From an uncultured archaeon (GTDB taxonomy: Archaea; Asgardarchaeota; Thorarchaeia; Thorarchaeales; Thorarchaeaceae), in NCBI GenBank assembly GCA_964648855.1, contig CAZYLT010000006.1, positions 30,001 to 62,000 of the forward strand: a stretch of 32,000 nt of DNA, given 5' to 3'. Both the position numbers and the translations under genes were made by a program. Below the pieces are notes generated by a model. That model worked only from the letters and a program-made list of their open reading frames with translations, was not told where the DNA came from and searched no databases. Within the stretch, counting starts at the first letter, position 1. Each line of letters begins with the position of its first letter. This document shows positions 10,065-19,159 of the stretch, piece by piece.

Positions 10065-10185
10065 GCGTAACGCTGATATTGGAACCTTTCTCTGGAAGTA
10101 TAATTCTCCCTATAGGTAGGAATGAGTCTCAGAAGGTGACTCTGAGTATTCGATTGACCTCCCGTAGGTTGAGGTGAAAGAAAAA

Positions 10186-10467
10186 ATGACTTTGTATGAA
10201 GTTGGACGAATTTGTGTGAAAACAATGGGCCGCGAGGCTGGAAGTTATTGTGTCATAGTGGACGAACAAGATGATCGTAGAGTTGAGATTACTGGACCGA
10301 AACATCTGAATGGGGTAAGACGTCGTCCCTGTAGCGTTAAGCATCTTGAGCCCTTGGGCACTATTATTGATATCAAGAAGGGTGCAAGTGATGAAGATGT
10401 TGAGAAGGCACTTGAAGCGGCTGATTTATTGGACCAATTTAGAGTGAAAATTAGAGCTTCGGAATAG
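10186..10467 (+). CDS. rpl14e: 50S ribosomal protein L14e (eL14)
   Basis: EVGRICVKTMGREAG, ITGPK, VRRR, HLEP; SD GAGGTGA upstream of the ATG at 10186. Confidence 0.95.
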   Translation: MTLYEVGRICVKTMGREAGSYCVIVDEQDDRRVEITGPKHLNGVRRRPCSVKHLEPLGTIIDIKKGASDEDVEKALEAADLLDQFRVKIRASE

Positions 10468-10506
10468 AGTTGATTTGGAGATTCGCTTAGGGTGGGCAGT
10501 AACGAA

Positions 10507-11508
10507 ATGACAAACATACTTCCTGCTGATCGCCCTCGCGATACCCTCTACCGCGCGGAAGACACAACAAATCCGGACTACGGATATAAATCTGTCAACG
10601 AGCTATCAGTCGAGTACCTTCTATCCAATGGAGTCGTATCTCTGGATAAACCTGCTGGACCCACTAGCCATGAAGTTGCTACTTGGGTGCGAAAGATAGT
10701 CAATGTGAGCAAAGTTGGGCACTCTGGCACTCTCGACCCTGCGGTCACTGGAATTCTTCCCATGGGCCTGGGAGATGGAACAAAGGCAATGCAAGCTCTA
10801 CTCCCTGCTGGGAAGGAGTATGTTTGCGTGATGGAGCTCCATGATAAGGCTTCAGAGGGAGGGATTGAACATGTTGTTAATGAGTTCACTGGGAAGATTT
10901 ACCAGAAACCACCTCTGCGGTCATCAGTAAAAAGGGTTCTCAGGGTTCGTGAGATATACTATAATGACATCTTGGAAATCAAAGGGAGAATCGTGCTTTT
11001 CAAGGTGGGATGTGAGGCAGGGACCTACATCCGGAAGTTGTGTTTCGACATTGGTGAAGTCTTGGGCGTTGGCGCTCATATGCGTGAGTTGAGACGCACC
11101 AGAGTAGGTCATTTTCGTGAAGACGAACATCTCTGCAATCTACATGACTTGAAAGATGCTTATCATTTCTGGCTAGAAGACGGAAATGAAGAAGAAATCC
11201 GAAAGTATGTGCGACCAGTAGAATACGCTTTAGAACACCTCCCCGAGATAAAGGTGAGGGACAGCGCCGTAGATGCCCTGTGTCACGGAGCTAACCTGGC
11301 TGCCAGTGGCGTATTGGAGCTCTCCACTGGCATCAATCCCGATGATTTAGTGGCTCTCAAGACCCTAAAAGGCGAAGCGATAGCACTGGCGAGAAGCAAA
11401 GATATCAGTGATCGGATTGCCAAAGCAAAGAGTGGCATAGTGGCTGAAATTGAGCGGGTACTCATGGAACGTGGTAGATATCCTCCACTATGGAAGGAGT
11501 CGCATTAG
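10507..11508 (+). CDS. cbf5: H/ACA RNA-guided pseudouridine synthase Cbf5 (TruB family with PUA domain)
   Basis: LDKPAGPTSHEV, catalytic GHSGTLDP, KEYVC, GTYIR, LRRTR, and PUA domain (DSAVDALCHGA). Confidence 0.96.
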   Translation: MTNILPADRPRDTLYRAEDTTNPDYGYKSVNELSVEYLLSNGVVSLDKPAGPTSHEVATWVRKIVNVSKVGHSGTLDPAVTGILPMGLGDGTKAMQALLPAGKEYVCVMELHDKASEGGIEHVVNEFTGKIYQKPPLRSSVKRVLRVREIYYNDILEIKGRIVLFKVGCEAGTYIRKLCFDIGEVLGVGAHMRELRRTRVGHFREDEHLCNLHDLKDAYHFWLEDGNEEEIRKYVRPVEYALEHLPEIKVRDSAVDALCHGANLAASGVLELSTGINPDDLVALKTLKGEAIALARSKDISDRIAKAKSGIVAEIERVLMERGRYPPLWKESH

Positions 11509-11528
11509 TTGTTCGTGGAAGCGCATAG

Positions 11529-11535
11529 TTAATTA
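11529..11535 (+). promoter_or_regulatory. Putative TATA box of the RNase P RNA gene
   Basis: TTAATTA lies about 25 nt upstream of the P1 helix start. Confidence 0.45.
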
Positions 11536-11556
11536 CGTTAGAATCAAAGATTAAAT

Positions 11557-11900
11557 TGGCTCTGGAGTGTAAGCGCGACTGACGGTACCCCTAGAGGGTG
11601 CTGAGGAAACTCCTGACTCCATGTCGGTGCCAGTCCTGTGTGAACAGGGAGGTTAGAGCCTCGCTCTGAGAACAGAAACGAACCTCCAGACTGGATTTGA
11701 CTATGATGCGGGAAAAAACCTGTTGAGGATCAGTCTGGTTCGAATGAAACGGCTCATCACTGGGTAGCAATCCCAAGAATAGGCTGACGATGTACCGACC
11801 TGAGGCCTAGGGTAGGGAGCTTAGTCCGATGTCGCAAGACTTCTGGACGGTAACGTCCAAGAGTGGAACAGAATCAGGGTTACTCTATGTACCAGAGCCA
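11557..11900 (+). ncRNA. rnpB: RNase P RNA
   Basis: Terminal P1 helix TGGCTCTGG (11557) / CCAGAGCCA (11900). 5' conserved TGAGGAAACTCCTGA and 3' AACAGAATCAGGGTTA can form the P4 pseudoknot. Internal ACAGAAACG and ATGAAACGGC conserved loops. Length about 344 nt. Confidence 0.93.
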
Positions 11901-11977
11901 CATCCTTTCTATTGACCACGAATAGCTATGTTAACATCCAGCGCAGAATACATCTGTCCAGTATTCCTACGAGGAGT

Positions 11978-12247
11978 TCATTCACCGATTGGTTGGTATT
12001 TGGCGCCGTTCTCTTCTTGTTTCTTCTTGAAATTTCTATGAAGAACATAATATCCATAGAGCATTATCAGACCGAGAATTCCTAACAAGAACGAATTCGG
12101 AGGGTACCAAAATGCAGGATATCCCGCAAATAACATTACAGGGCCCCATATAGCAAGAGCTAATAGAATGCCACTACTTGTCTTCAATGCGCGTCTAACC
12201 CACCACCTATTCCAACTAGGTGCCTCCTCTTCCTCAAATACGTTCAT
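11978..12247 (-). CDS. Small two-TM membrane protein of unknown function
   Basis: Two hydrophobic helices flanked by charged termini. Confidence 0.65.
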   Translation of the reverse strand: MNVFEEEEAPSWNRWWVRRALKTSSGILLALAIWGPVMLFAGYPAFWYPPNSFLLGILGLIMLYGYYVLHRNFKKKQEENGAKYQPIGE

Positions 12248-12337
12248 AGTATACCAAATGACTCATTTCTTCATTAGATTTTTCATTTCAGCGGATTGCT
12301 TCTTTTTTTCAGGTGGTACATCTCTCGAGATACACAT

Positions 12338-12880
12338 CTACTCTTGTCGGCTATGTTCTTGCATAATTTCCTTTTGGACTGCAACAACATCCGTACTTGA
12401 TTTACAGGCAGCATAGGATTCAAGCCACTCTTGATTCAATATTATGAAATTTGGCCCCCATTTGAAGACGCCCAGCAGGTCCCTTGCTCTTTGTTTCTCT
12501 CCAGCTATGTATAACGCTGCGGCGATTGCTTCAGCAGTAGACAACTTAATCGGTTTGTATGTGTTAATGGGATTGGCTGCTAGCAAATATGGAAGTGACC
12601 TTTGAATCCCTTGGGTGGTGGTTCGGAATATCTCCTCTGCCTTCTTCCATGAACAATCGAGGGCTATAAGCCCGGATTTCATGATGTTTCCTCTATCTGC
12701 AGGTGAAAAGGCGACTTGAGAAACAGGATTCAACACCACTCCTCCACGGGGTATGTTTCTAATGCTTCTGCTCACTTCTGCTTTTCCCATCCTTTCCAAG
12801 CGTAACCCAGTACATTTCTTTGGGTCACACTGGCCTGCATGATAAATAATGATTCTCGGATTGTCGGTGTTGTTAGTCAC
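12338..12880 (-). CDS. tsr3: 16S rRNA aminocarboxypropyltransferase Tsr3
   Basis: QCDPKKCTG, LDCSW, RSLPYLLAANP, LSTAEAIAAALYI, FKWG; GTG start at 12880 after GGAGG. Confidence 0.94.
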   Translation of the reverse strand: MTNNTDNPRIIIYHAGQCDPKKCTGLRLERMGKAEVSRSIRNIPRGGVVLNPVSQVAFSPADRGNIMKSGLIALDCSWKKAEEIFRTTTQGIQRSLPYLLAANPINTYKPIKLSTAEAIAAALYIAGEKQRARDLLGVFKWGPNFIILNQEWLESYAACKSSTDVVAVQKEIMQEHSRQE

Positions 12881-12936
12881 ATCCTCCAATCCGTGAACAT
12901 TGCACAAGAGATTTGTGTATGGTCGGTTTTAGAGGA

Positions 12937-13215
12937 ATGATGCCTAAGAGAGTTGTCGAATTCAATGCAGGCGAATCCTGTGAAGTATGCGGTGAAGATG
13001 ATACGGTGGACTCCGTCTGTCATATTTGCGGTTCATTTGTGTGCAGTGATTGTTACAATAAGGATGACAATACGTGCCTACTCTGCGGTGAAACTATCTG
13101 TTCAATTTGCAATCTGTATCTCTCTTCTCGTGCCTGCGATATATGTGGAAGATTGGTCTGTGAAGACCACGGAATTCGAGAGGGCGAAGCAACTATCTGT
13201 GTGAGGTGCCAATGA
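12937..13215 (+). CDS. Cys-rich multi zinc-finger protein
   Basis: Seven CxxC plus one CxxH in about 90 aa, arranged as two repeated units; GAGG upstream; abuts tiaS. Confidence 0.8.
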   Translation: MMPKRVVEFNAGESCEVCGEDDTVDSVCHICGSFVCSDCYNKDDNTCLLCGETICSICNLYLSSRACDICGRLVCEDHGIREGEATICVRCQ

Positions 13216-13216
13216 A

Positions 13217-14557
13217 ATGGGCTTAGATATGATTGATATCGCCATAGGCATGGATGACATAGATAGTCCGCGAGGCGGCTGCACCACCCACTTCGCAAGT
13301 CTAGTTGTTGAAGAACTGAATAAGCTGTCTGTTCAGTGGAAGGATTACCCAAATCTAGTGCGACTTAATCCAAATGTTCCTTTTAGAACCAGAGGTAATG
13401 GGGCGGTCGCGCTTAGATTCTCTATTGACAGAGAGAAGAGTTCCGAACTCATTCCGCTGCTATCCGACATGACTTCAAACTACATTGAACGAGGATACCC
13501 AAACACAAATCCTGGCATTGTCGTTCTTCGGGGAGAGATTCCTGGTCGAATCAAGTGGTTTTCGCAGCAAGCCACATGGCGAGCAGTCTCTCTAGAACTA
13601 GCTAAACGTATTTTGAAAAATGAAGAGATTGACTGCTTTAGTATAGGTAACGGACGCGGCGTGATTGGCGCAATGTCCGCAACTGGAAATACATTGGATG
13701 AAGATTATACCTACGAATATATTGCCTACCGCTCAATTGAATCCTCGGCGGAACCCCGTGAGGTGTCTCTCGAATCTGTTAGAAAAATGGACAAGAGCTT
13801 TGGCGATGTCACTTTCTCAAATATAGACTATGAAACCGGGTACGTACTAGTCGAACCTCATGGGCCAGATCCTGTTCTCTTTGGGGTGAGGGGCGAAAGC
13901 TCGGTGATTCTGCGCGAAGCTGCCGAACATATTGAGAGCAAGCAACCCAAGGAGCGATGGATGATTTTCAGAACAAATCAGGCCACTGGAGAACATTTGC
14001 AGCATCGAGTCAAGATTTGTGATTTGCGGCCATACATGTCGGCACGTGTACAATGTCGGGTGTTAAAGAAACCAAGAATAATCGAAGGGGGACATGTGAT
14101 TTTCCAAGTTGCGGATGACTCCGGTGCTATAGATTGTGCCGCCTATGAGCCCACCGGTGATTTCAGAGAGATTGTGCGCCAGTTGATTCCGGGAGACGAT
14201 CTAGTTCTTCATGTGGGAGTGCGTCCTTCATCGAGGACCCATGGGATGACACTGAATGTAGAAGGAATGGAAATAATCAATCTAGCTGAAAATATTCTTC
14301 TCTCCAATCCATTATGCCCTGAATGCGGAAAGCGTCTGAAGAGCGCGGGGCGAGATAAAGGCTACAAATGTGAGAAATGTGGATTCCGGTCCCAGAACTT
14401 GAGCAAGAGAAAGAAAATACTTGAGAGAAAAATACAACTAGGTCTTCACTTACCACCGCCTCGAGCTCAGAGACACCTGACGCGACCAAAATCGAGAGTG
14501 GGTAGAAGCAATAATGGATTCAGTGATGACTTAATCGACAAATGGCATTCATTCTGA
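13217..14557 (+). CDS. tiaS: tRNA(Ile2) 2-agmatinylcytidine synthetase
   Basis: GMDDIDS.RGGCTT, LVRLNPNVPFRTRGNGA, PHGPDPVLFGVRG, RTNQAT, OB fold (AAYEPTG), Zn ribbon CPECG...CEKC, RHLTRP. Confidence 0.95.
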   Translation: MGLDMIDIAIGMDDIDSPRGGCTTHFASLVVEELNKLSVQWKDYPNLVRLNPNVPFRTRGNGAVALRFSIDREKSSELIPLLSDMTSNYIERGYPNTNPGIVVLRGEIPGRIKWFSQQATWRAVSLELAKRILKNEEIDCFSIGNGRGVIGAMSATGNTLDEDYTYEYIAYRSIESSAEPREVSLESVRKMDKSFGDVTFSNIDYETGYVLVEPHGPDPVLFGVRGESSVILREAAEHIESKQPKERWMIFRTNQATGEHLQHRVKICDLRPYMSARVQCRVLKKPRIIEGGHVIFQVADDSGAIDCAAYEPTGDFREIVRQLIPGDDLVLHVGVRPSSRTHGMTLNVEGMEIINLAENILLSNPLCPECGKRLKSAGRDKGYKCEKCGFRSQNLSKRKKILERKIQLGLHLPPPRAQRHLTRPKSRVGRSNNGFSDDLIDKWHSF

Positions 14558-14590
14558 CATAGAAAATCTGCAATGAACACTAAACTGTAA

Positions 14591-14989
14591 TTAGACTCTT
14601 CTGCCTCTGCGTCCGCCAGGTTTTCGAGTACCATCATGTGGCATTGGGGTTACTTCATCGATGATGCCAATTCTGAGTCCTGCTCTGCTAAGAGCACGAA
14701 TTGCCGCCTGTGCACCAGGACCTGGTGTCTTTGGACCATGTCCGCCTGGAGCACGAACACGAATATGAAGGCCGTAAATTCCCTTATCCTTGGCTTCTCT
14801 TGCCGCCTGGAATGCCGCTTGCATGGCCGCGTGTGGAGATGACTCGTTTCTGTCTGCTTTTACCATCATTCCACCACTATATCTGGCGATGGTTTCTGCA
14901 CCAGTAATGTCAGTGATGTGAATTATACTATCATTGTAGGATGCATAAATGTGTGCAACACCCCACTTATCGCGTTCTTCTCTACTCAA
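14591..14989 (-). CDS. rps11: 30S ribosomal protein S11 (uS11)
   Basis: [41 protein letters not shown]. Confidence 0.98.
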   Translation of the reverse strand: MSREERDKWGVAHIYASYNDSIIHITDITGAETIARYSGGMMVKADRNESSPHAAMQAAFQAAREAKDKGIYGLHIRVRAPGGHGPKTPGPGAQAAIRALSRAGLRIGIIDEVTPMPHDGTRKPGGRRGRRV

Positions 14990-15002
14990 TCTAATTCATC
15001 TC

Positions 15003-15626
15003 CTAATCAGTACCTTCATCAAAACCCTCATCAAACTCAAGGTCTGCTCTTCGAGGTGCTATATCTACCATAGTTTCGCCAGTTTGAGCACTGACCATCT
15101 TTGCAACTTCCGAAGCAGCTATTCTGGCAGGGTGAGATTCGTCATTTAATGCTGACTTTTCACTGTAGCTCAATCTATCTTGCTCAGGCAGAGTAACAAT
15201 TCTGCTTGGTGACATTACACGGGCTCCATCCAGTGCTATGTGACCATGCGTCACGAGCTGTCTAGCATGATATACTGAAGAAGCCATGCCCATTCTGAAG
15301 ACTATGGTCTGTAGTCTTCTCTCAAGCACGTCCTCCAACTCTAAGTCCAAAACACTATCGAGTGAAGGCTCCCCAGCAAGGATTCCAAGTCTTGCCAATT
15401 TGTTAATAATCTCTGATTCGAGGCGCTGTCTTTCTTCCTGTGGCAGTGCTAGAAGATTCCTAGCTTGTCTTCGATAATGTGATAAATCTGTTCTATGACG
15501 CCATAGCTCCTTCTTGTTTCTTAGTCCGTAAGAACCGATCAGCTGTAGTTCCTGTTCGAATCTATCACTATCGAATGGACGCTGCGGCGAAACGTACTTC
15601 TTCTTCTGTTTTCGTGGATCGCCCAT
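15003..15626 (-). CDS. rps4: 30S ribosomal protein S4 (uS4) with acidic C-terminal extension
   Basis: MGDPRKQKKKY, YGLRNKKELW, LERRLQT, ARQLVTHGHI. Confidence 0.97.
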   Translation of the reverse strand: MGDPRKQKKKYVSPQRPFDSDRFEQELQLIGSYGLRNKKELWRHRTDLSHYRRQARNLLALPQEERQRLESEIINKLARLGILAGEPSLDSVLDLELEDVLERRLQTIVFRMGMASSVYHARQLVTHGHIALDGARVMSPSRIVTLPEQDRLSYSEKSALNDESHPARIAASEVAKMVSAQTGETMVDIAPRRADLEFDEGFDEGTD

Positions 15627-15642
15627 TAAATTCTAGCCTCCA

Positions 15643-16119
15643 TCATAACTCTTCTCTGGCCTCTCTCTTGAGTCGCTTTCTGGATACACCGACTGACATT
15701 CCACTTCGTCCGGTAGTTCTTGTGTGCTGTCCACGCACTTTCAAACCGAGCTGATGCCTGATGCCTCTCCATGACCTAATTCTCTTCAGACGATCTATGT
15801 CATTTCTGTGCGTAAATTCGAGGTCCGAGCCAATCAAATGAATCATCTTTCCTGTTCTTCGGTCGCGAGGTCTATTAACATACCATCCTGGCAAATCATG
15901 TGAAGTCGGATTCTCGATGATTATTTCGATGTTCTCAATTTCACCATCTGAAATATATCCAATCCTTCTTTCAGGATCCAGGTTTAGCTGGTTAATTATC
16001 GCCTTTGATAGCCTAAGACCCACTCCTTTTATTTTGGTTAGACCTCGAAGTAGGTTCTCTTGGCCATCAATATCATGGCCTGCCATTCGGACTATGTATT
16101 GGTATTCTTGCTCGGACAT
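15643..16119 (-). CDS. rps13: 30S ribosomal protein S13 (uS13)
   Basis: LTKIKGVG, WYVNR, SWRGIRHQLGLKVRGQHTRTTGR. Confidence 0.97.
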   Translation of the reverse strand: MSEQEYQYIVRMAGHDIDGQENLLRGLTKIKGVGLRLSKAIINQLNLDPERRIGYISDGEIENIEIIIENPTSHDLPGWYVNRPRDRRTGKMIHLIGSDLEFTHRNDIDRLKRIRSWRGIRHQLGLKVRGQHTRTTGRSGMSVGVSRKRLKREAREEL

Positions 16120-16562
16120 AATGTATTACCTCATTCGGACTGGCTTGAGGCTTTGTGAGCCTCTTGAAGTCACCTTATAATCATTGCCATCAGGAAGCTA
16201 ATTTGGGAATGTTTCCTTTAAGATTTGACGCTATGTCAATTAGAGTATCCGAAACAGACCGTCCCCTCTTGCTCACCAATACTCATGTGTTGAAATATTC
16301 TAGTACTATGGTGGTTTGACTGAAACCTATCCAACCTGGTAGTGCCTTGGTTTTCTTAGGACTAGTTGGCGGTGGCCTTCTTTGGTTTGCTTTGACCAAT
16401 CTTCGGTTTTGGTTCTTGGTCGATAATATTTCAAAATACGACATTGGTAGGACGATTTAGACTTTAGATCCTGTCTTTTTCCATACTGGCTACAGTTCCC
16501 GGACCGTTGCTCACTTTCTTGGAACACATCTTTCCACTACTTCAAGAATGATTGAAAATTGG

Positions 16563-16679
16563 TGGCGCCTGGGATGAGATTCGAACTCATGCGTCCAATG
16601 GACAGCAGCTGCCCGGACAGTGCACCTATAGGAGCACAGATTCCAGACTGCCGCCGTAACCGGGCTTGGCTACCCAGGC
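16563..16679 (-). tRNA. tRNA-Ser(GGA) with a 30-nt intron at canonical position 37/38 (16611-16640); CCA encoded
   Basis: Acceptor GCCTGGG/CCCAGGC, discriminator G, anticodon stem GCAGT/GCTGC, loop CT-GGA-A[intron]A, long variable arm GTCC-ATT-GGAC, T arm ATGAG-TTCGAAT-CTCAT. Intron CCGG pairs with exon CTGG (BHB-like). Confidence 0.93.
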
Positions 16680-16758
16680 GCGATTAGACTGTTCCAGTAC
16701 AGTCACTCTGCAGCTGCAGGGTATGTTGATTTAAGAATGTCGTTAGTTCGAAGAAATG

Positions 16759-17802
16759 TTATGTTGCAGTATAGCCCACATCAGACCGGGATGATATTTC
16801 CCCCACATAGTTTTTCATCATCATTTCTTGGACCTCGCTCAGATCTTTTGTGTGTCCAAGTATCCAAGCCAATTTGACCCAGGCCGCCTCGGACGTCATG
16901 TCATATGCACTGATTGCGCCCACCTCTACTACAGATCGACTCACCTCATACAGGGAGGGATACACCCGTCCAAATGCACATTGTGAGCTGATCACCACCG
17001 CACAGCCCGCCTGTACGGCTTCATGTATCCTCTCTACAAGAGAATTTTCACTGCTCGGAATATTACCAGAACCAAACCCCTCAATCACTATTCCCTGATA
17101 TCCCATATCTACAATGCGCGAAATCACATCTGGTTCTATCCCTGGGAATACTTTCAGTAGGAACACATTTGGCTCCAGTCTTATGTCAAAGGTTGGATTG
17201 GTTGTAGTCCGCTTCTTCCTATCGTCAAAAAGTACAATATCTCTAGAAAGAACTCCCAAAGGCGTTGGGTCCATTGAGTCAAAAGCATCATAGGCATCCA
17301 CACGTACTTTCTTGGTTCTTGTCGGTCGATGAATCTCTCCATTGAATATAATACACGTTTCACCCAAGTCTGCAAAAGATGCTACTCGTATGGCATCAAG
17401 GATATTTCTTGGCCCATCACTCCACGGGACACTTGAAGGAATTTGAGAACCGGTGAATGCAATTGGCTTGCCCAGATTTTGTACCATCAGACTGACCGCT
17501 GAGGCAGAGTATACCATTGTGTCAGTTCCATGAGTCACTACAAAACCCGATAGGTCTGGGTGTTCATCATGGACTGATTTAATGGATTCAGCTAGTTCCT
17601 GCCAATGATGCGGTTGCATGTTTGCAGAGTCAATATTAAAGAGGTCCTTCCTAATGACATCAATGTTGCTCATTGATTTTGGCAGCGTTTCTATTAAATC
17701 TTCAACTCTAAGAGACGGACGCAACGATTCTGACGTCGAGTCCTCTATGCTAGCTATAGTTCCCCCAGTTGCTATGATGCATATCTTCGCTGCTTTACTC
17801 AA
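16759..17802 (-). CDS. ansA: Type I L-asparaginase (lacks the GatD N-terminal domain)
   Basis: ATGGTIAS, THGTDTM, TGSQIP, IEGFGSGN, DMTSEAAWVKL. Start uncertain (TTG 17802 vs 17838). Confidence 0.88.
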   Translation of the reverse strand: MSKAAKICIIATGGTIASIEDSTSESLRPSLRVEDLIETLPKSMSNIDVIRKDLFNIDSANMQPHHWQELAESIKSVHDEHPDLSGFVVTHGTDTMVYSASAVSLMVQNLGKPIAFTGSQIPSSVPWSDGPRNILDAIRVASFADLGETCIIFNGEIHRPTRTKKVRVDAYDAFDSMDPTPLGVLSRDIVLFDDRKKRTTTNPTFDIRLEPNVFLLKVFPGIEPDVISRIVDMGYQGIVIEGFGSGNIPSSENSLVERIHEAVQAGCAVVISSQCAFGRVYPSLYEVSRSVVEVGAISAYDMTSEAAWVKLAWILGHTKDLSEVQEMMMKNYVGEISSRSDVGYTAT

Positions 17803-17880
17803 GCTATAATCCCTTCTGGGAAAGTAAGAAAAGGACACATCAACTTATTGCTAGCAAACAATGAGGTGTCAAGTGATCAA

Positions 17881-19083
17881 ATGACGCTGCATGATTTAGT
17901 TATTGTCGGAGGAGGTCCTGCTGGCGCTGTCTGTGCATGGATGGCAGCTCAAAATGGTTTGGACGTAGTTCTGCTAGAGAAGGAATCATACCCTCGTAAG
18001 AAGCCCTGTGGGGGTGCATTGTCACAAAGAGCTGTCAAACTCCTAGAATTTGATATCAGTAACGTCTTGGAAAGGGCGATTACGACTGCTGTCATTCATT
18101 CACCGTCTAGTCAAGCTGTAAGACGAACTGCAAATCAAGTTCTAGGATATACCTGTAGTCGCGAAAAACTGGATGCTTTTCTCGTTCACAAGGCAGTGGA
18201 TGCCGGGGCTGAGGTTATCGAAAATACTCGAGTAGTTGCTATCGAGCACTTGCGTCATGCAGTTCGAGTATTGGCGAAAGGGGACTCACACAAAGGTCGT
18301 CTCCTAGTTGGTGCAGATGGCGTGAATAGTATTGTTGCTAAGAGGGTTGGGCTGCCCGAATGGAATACGGACGAGATAGGGTCTTGCATCGTGGCGGATG
18401 TACCAATGAGCTCAAAAGAAGTGTCCGATTTTTTTATCCGAGGTAACGACGGTCGTTTGCCACTTGAGGTCTTTCTTGGAGTCATAGAGGGGGGTTATGG
18501 GTGGATTTTTCCAAAGGCAGCTGGCATCTCAATTGGCATTGGTCATAGGTTGGACTACGAGGTAGATATGTATGGTTCTTGGAATGCTTTCATCAGTAAA
18601 GTGGAAAAAGAACGCGGAATATCACTAGATGTTTCGTCTAGGATGGCTGCTCGAATTCCAATGACCTCTTTGGAAACAAGAGTAACAGCCCGAAGAACTA
18701 TGCTCATTGGTGATGCTGCTGGAATCGCCTCATCAATTACTGGTGAGGGAATATACTACTCGATAAAGTCAGGATTAATTGCAGCTAAAGTTGCAAAGGA
18801 AGTGGTAAATATGAAGCGACCTCATCATGTTACAGCCTATGATTTTCGATTGAAGAAGGGCATTCGTGGGGAGTTAAAGGCTGCACGATCTATCGCGAAA
18901 TACTTGTTTAAGTCAAAAAAGAATGCGGAGATTGTCTGTGGGCTTTTGGCAGAAGACGACCGGCTGGGAAAACTTGCACTAGAAATGCTGACGGGTAACC
19001 GGCCCGCCACTGAAATAAAGAATGACCTAATCAAAAGGATGCTGAGAAGTCATCTCCTATCAGCAATCAGACTGGCTATCTAA
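17881..19083 (+). CDS. Geranylgeranyl reductase family flavoprotein
   Basis: GGGPAG, LEK..YPR.KPCGG, GADG, GYGWIFPK, IGDAAG, GEGI; start at ATG 17881. Confidence 0.9.
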   Translation: MTLHDLVIVGGGPAGAVCAWMAAQNGLDVVLLEKESYPRKKPCGGALSQRAVKLLEFDISNVLERAITTAVIHSPSSQAVRRTANQVLGYTCSREKLDAFLVHKAVDAGAEVIENTRVVAIEHLRHAVRVLAKGDSHKGRLLVGADGVNSIVAKRVGLPEWNTDEIGSCIVADVPMSSKEVSDFFIRGNDGRLPLEVFLGVIEGGYGWIFPKAAGISIGIGHRLDYEVDMYGSWNAFISKVEKERGISLDVSSRMAARIPMTSLETRVTARRTMLIGDAAGIASSITGEGIYYSIKSGLIAAKVAKEVVNMKRPHHVTAYDFRLKKGIRGELKAARSIAKYLFKSKKNAEIVCGLLAEDDRLGKLALEMLTGNRPATEIKNDLIKRMLRSHLLSAIRLAI

Positions 19084-19159
19084 TTCGTTTTCCTTGTGTT
19101 ACACCTATTCATATTTCCTCTATTATGTTTCTATTCAAAGCATAGAGAAGGTCTATTGA

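Noticed and set aside
13213-13215. Sec readthrough at the TGA ending the Cys-rich protein
   Set aside because: The final CxxC is complete before the stop, tiaS starts 1 nt later, and another in-frame stop follows shortly.
16327-16527. 66-aa basic minus-strand ORF upstream of rps13
   Set aside because: No recognisable ribosomal or other motif; may be the shadow of the small + strand ORF.
16759-17838. GatD (Glu-tRNA amidotransferase subunit)
   Set aside because: Lacks the GatD N-terminal domain and there is no adjacent gatE.
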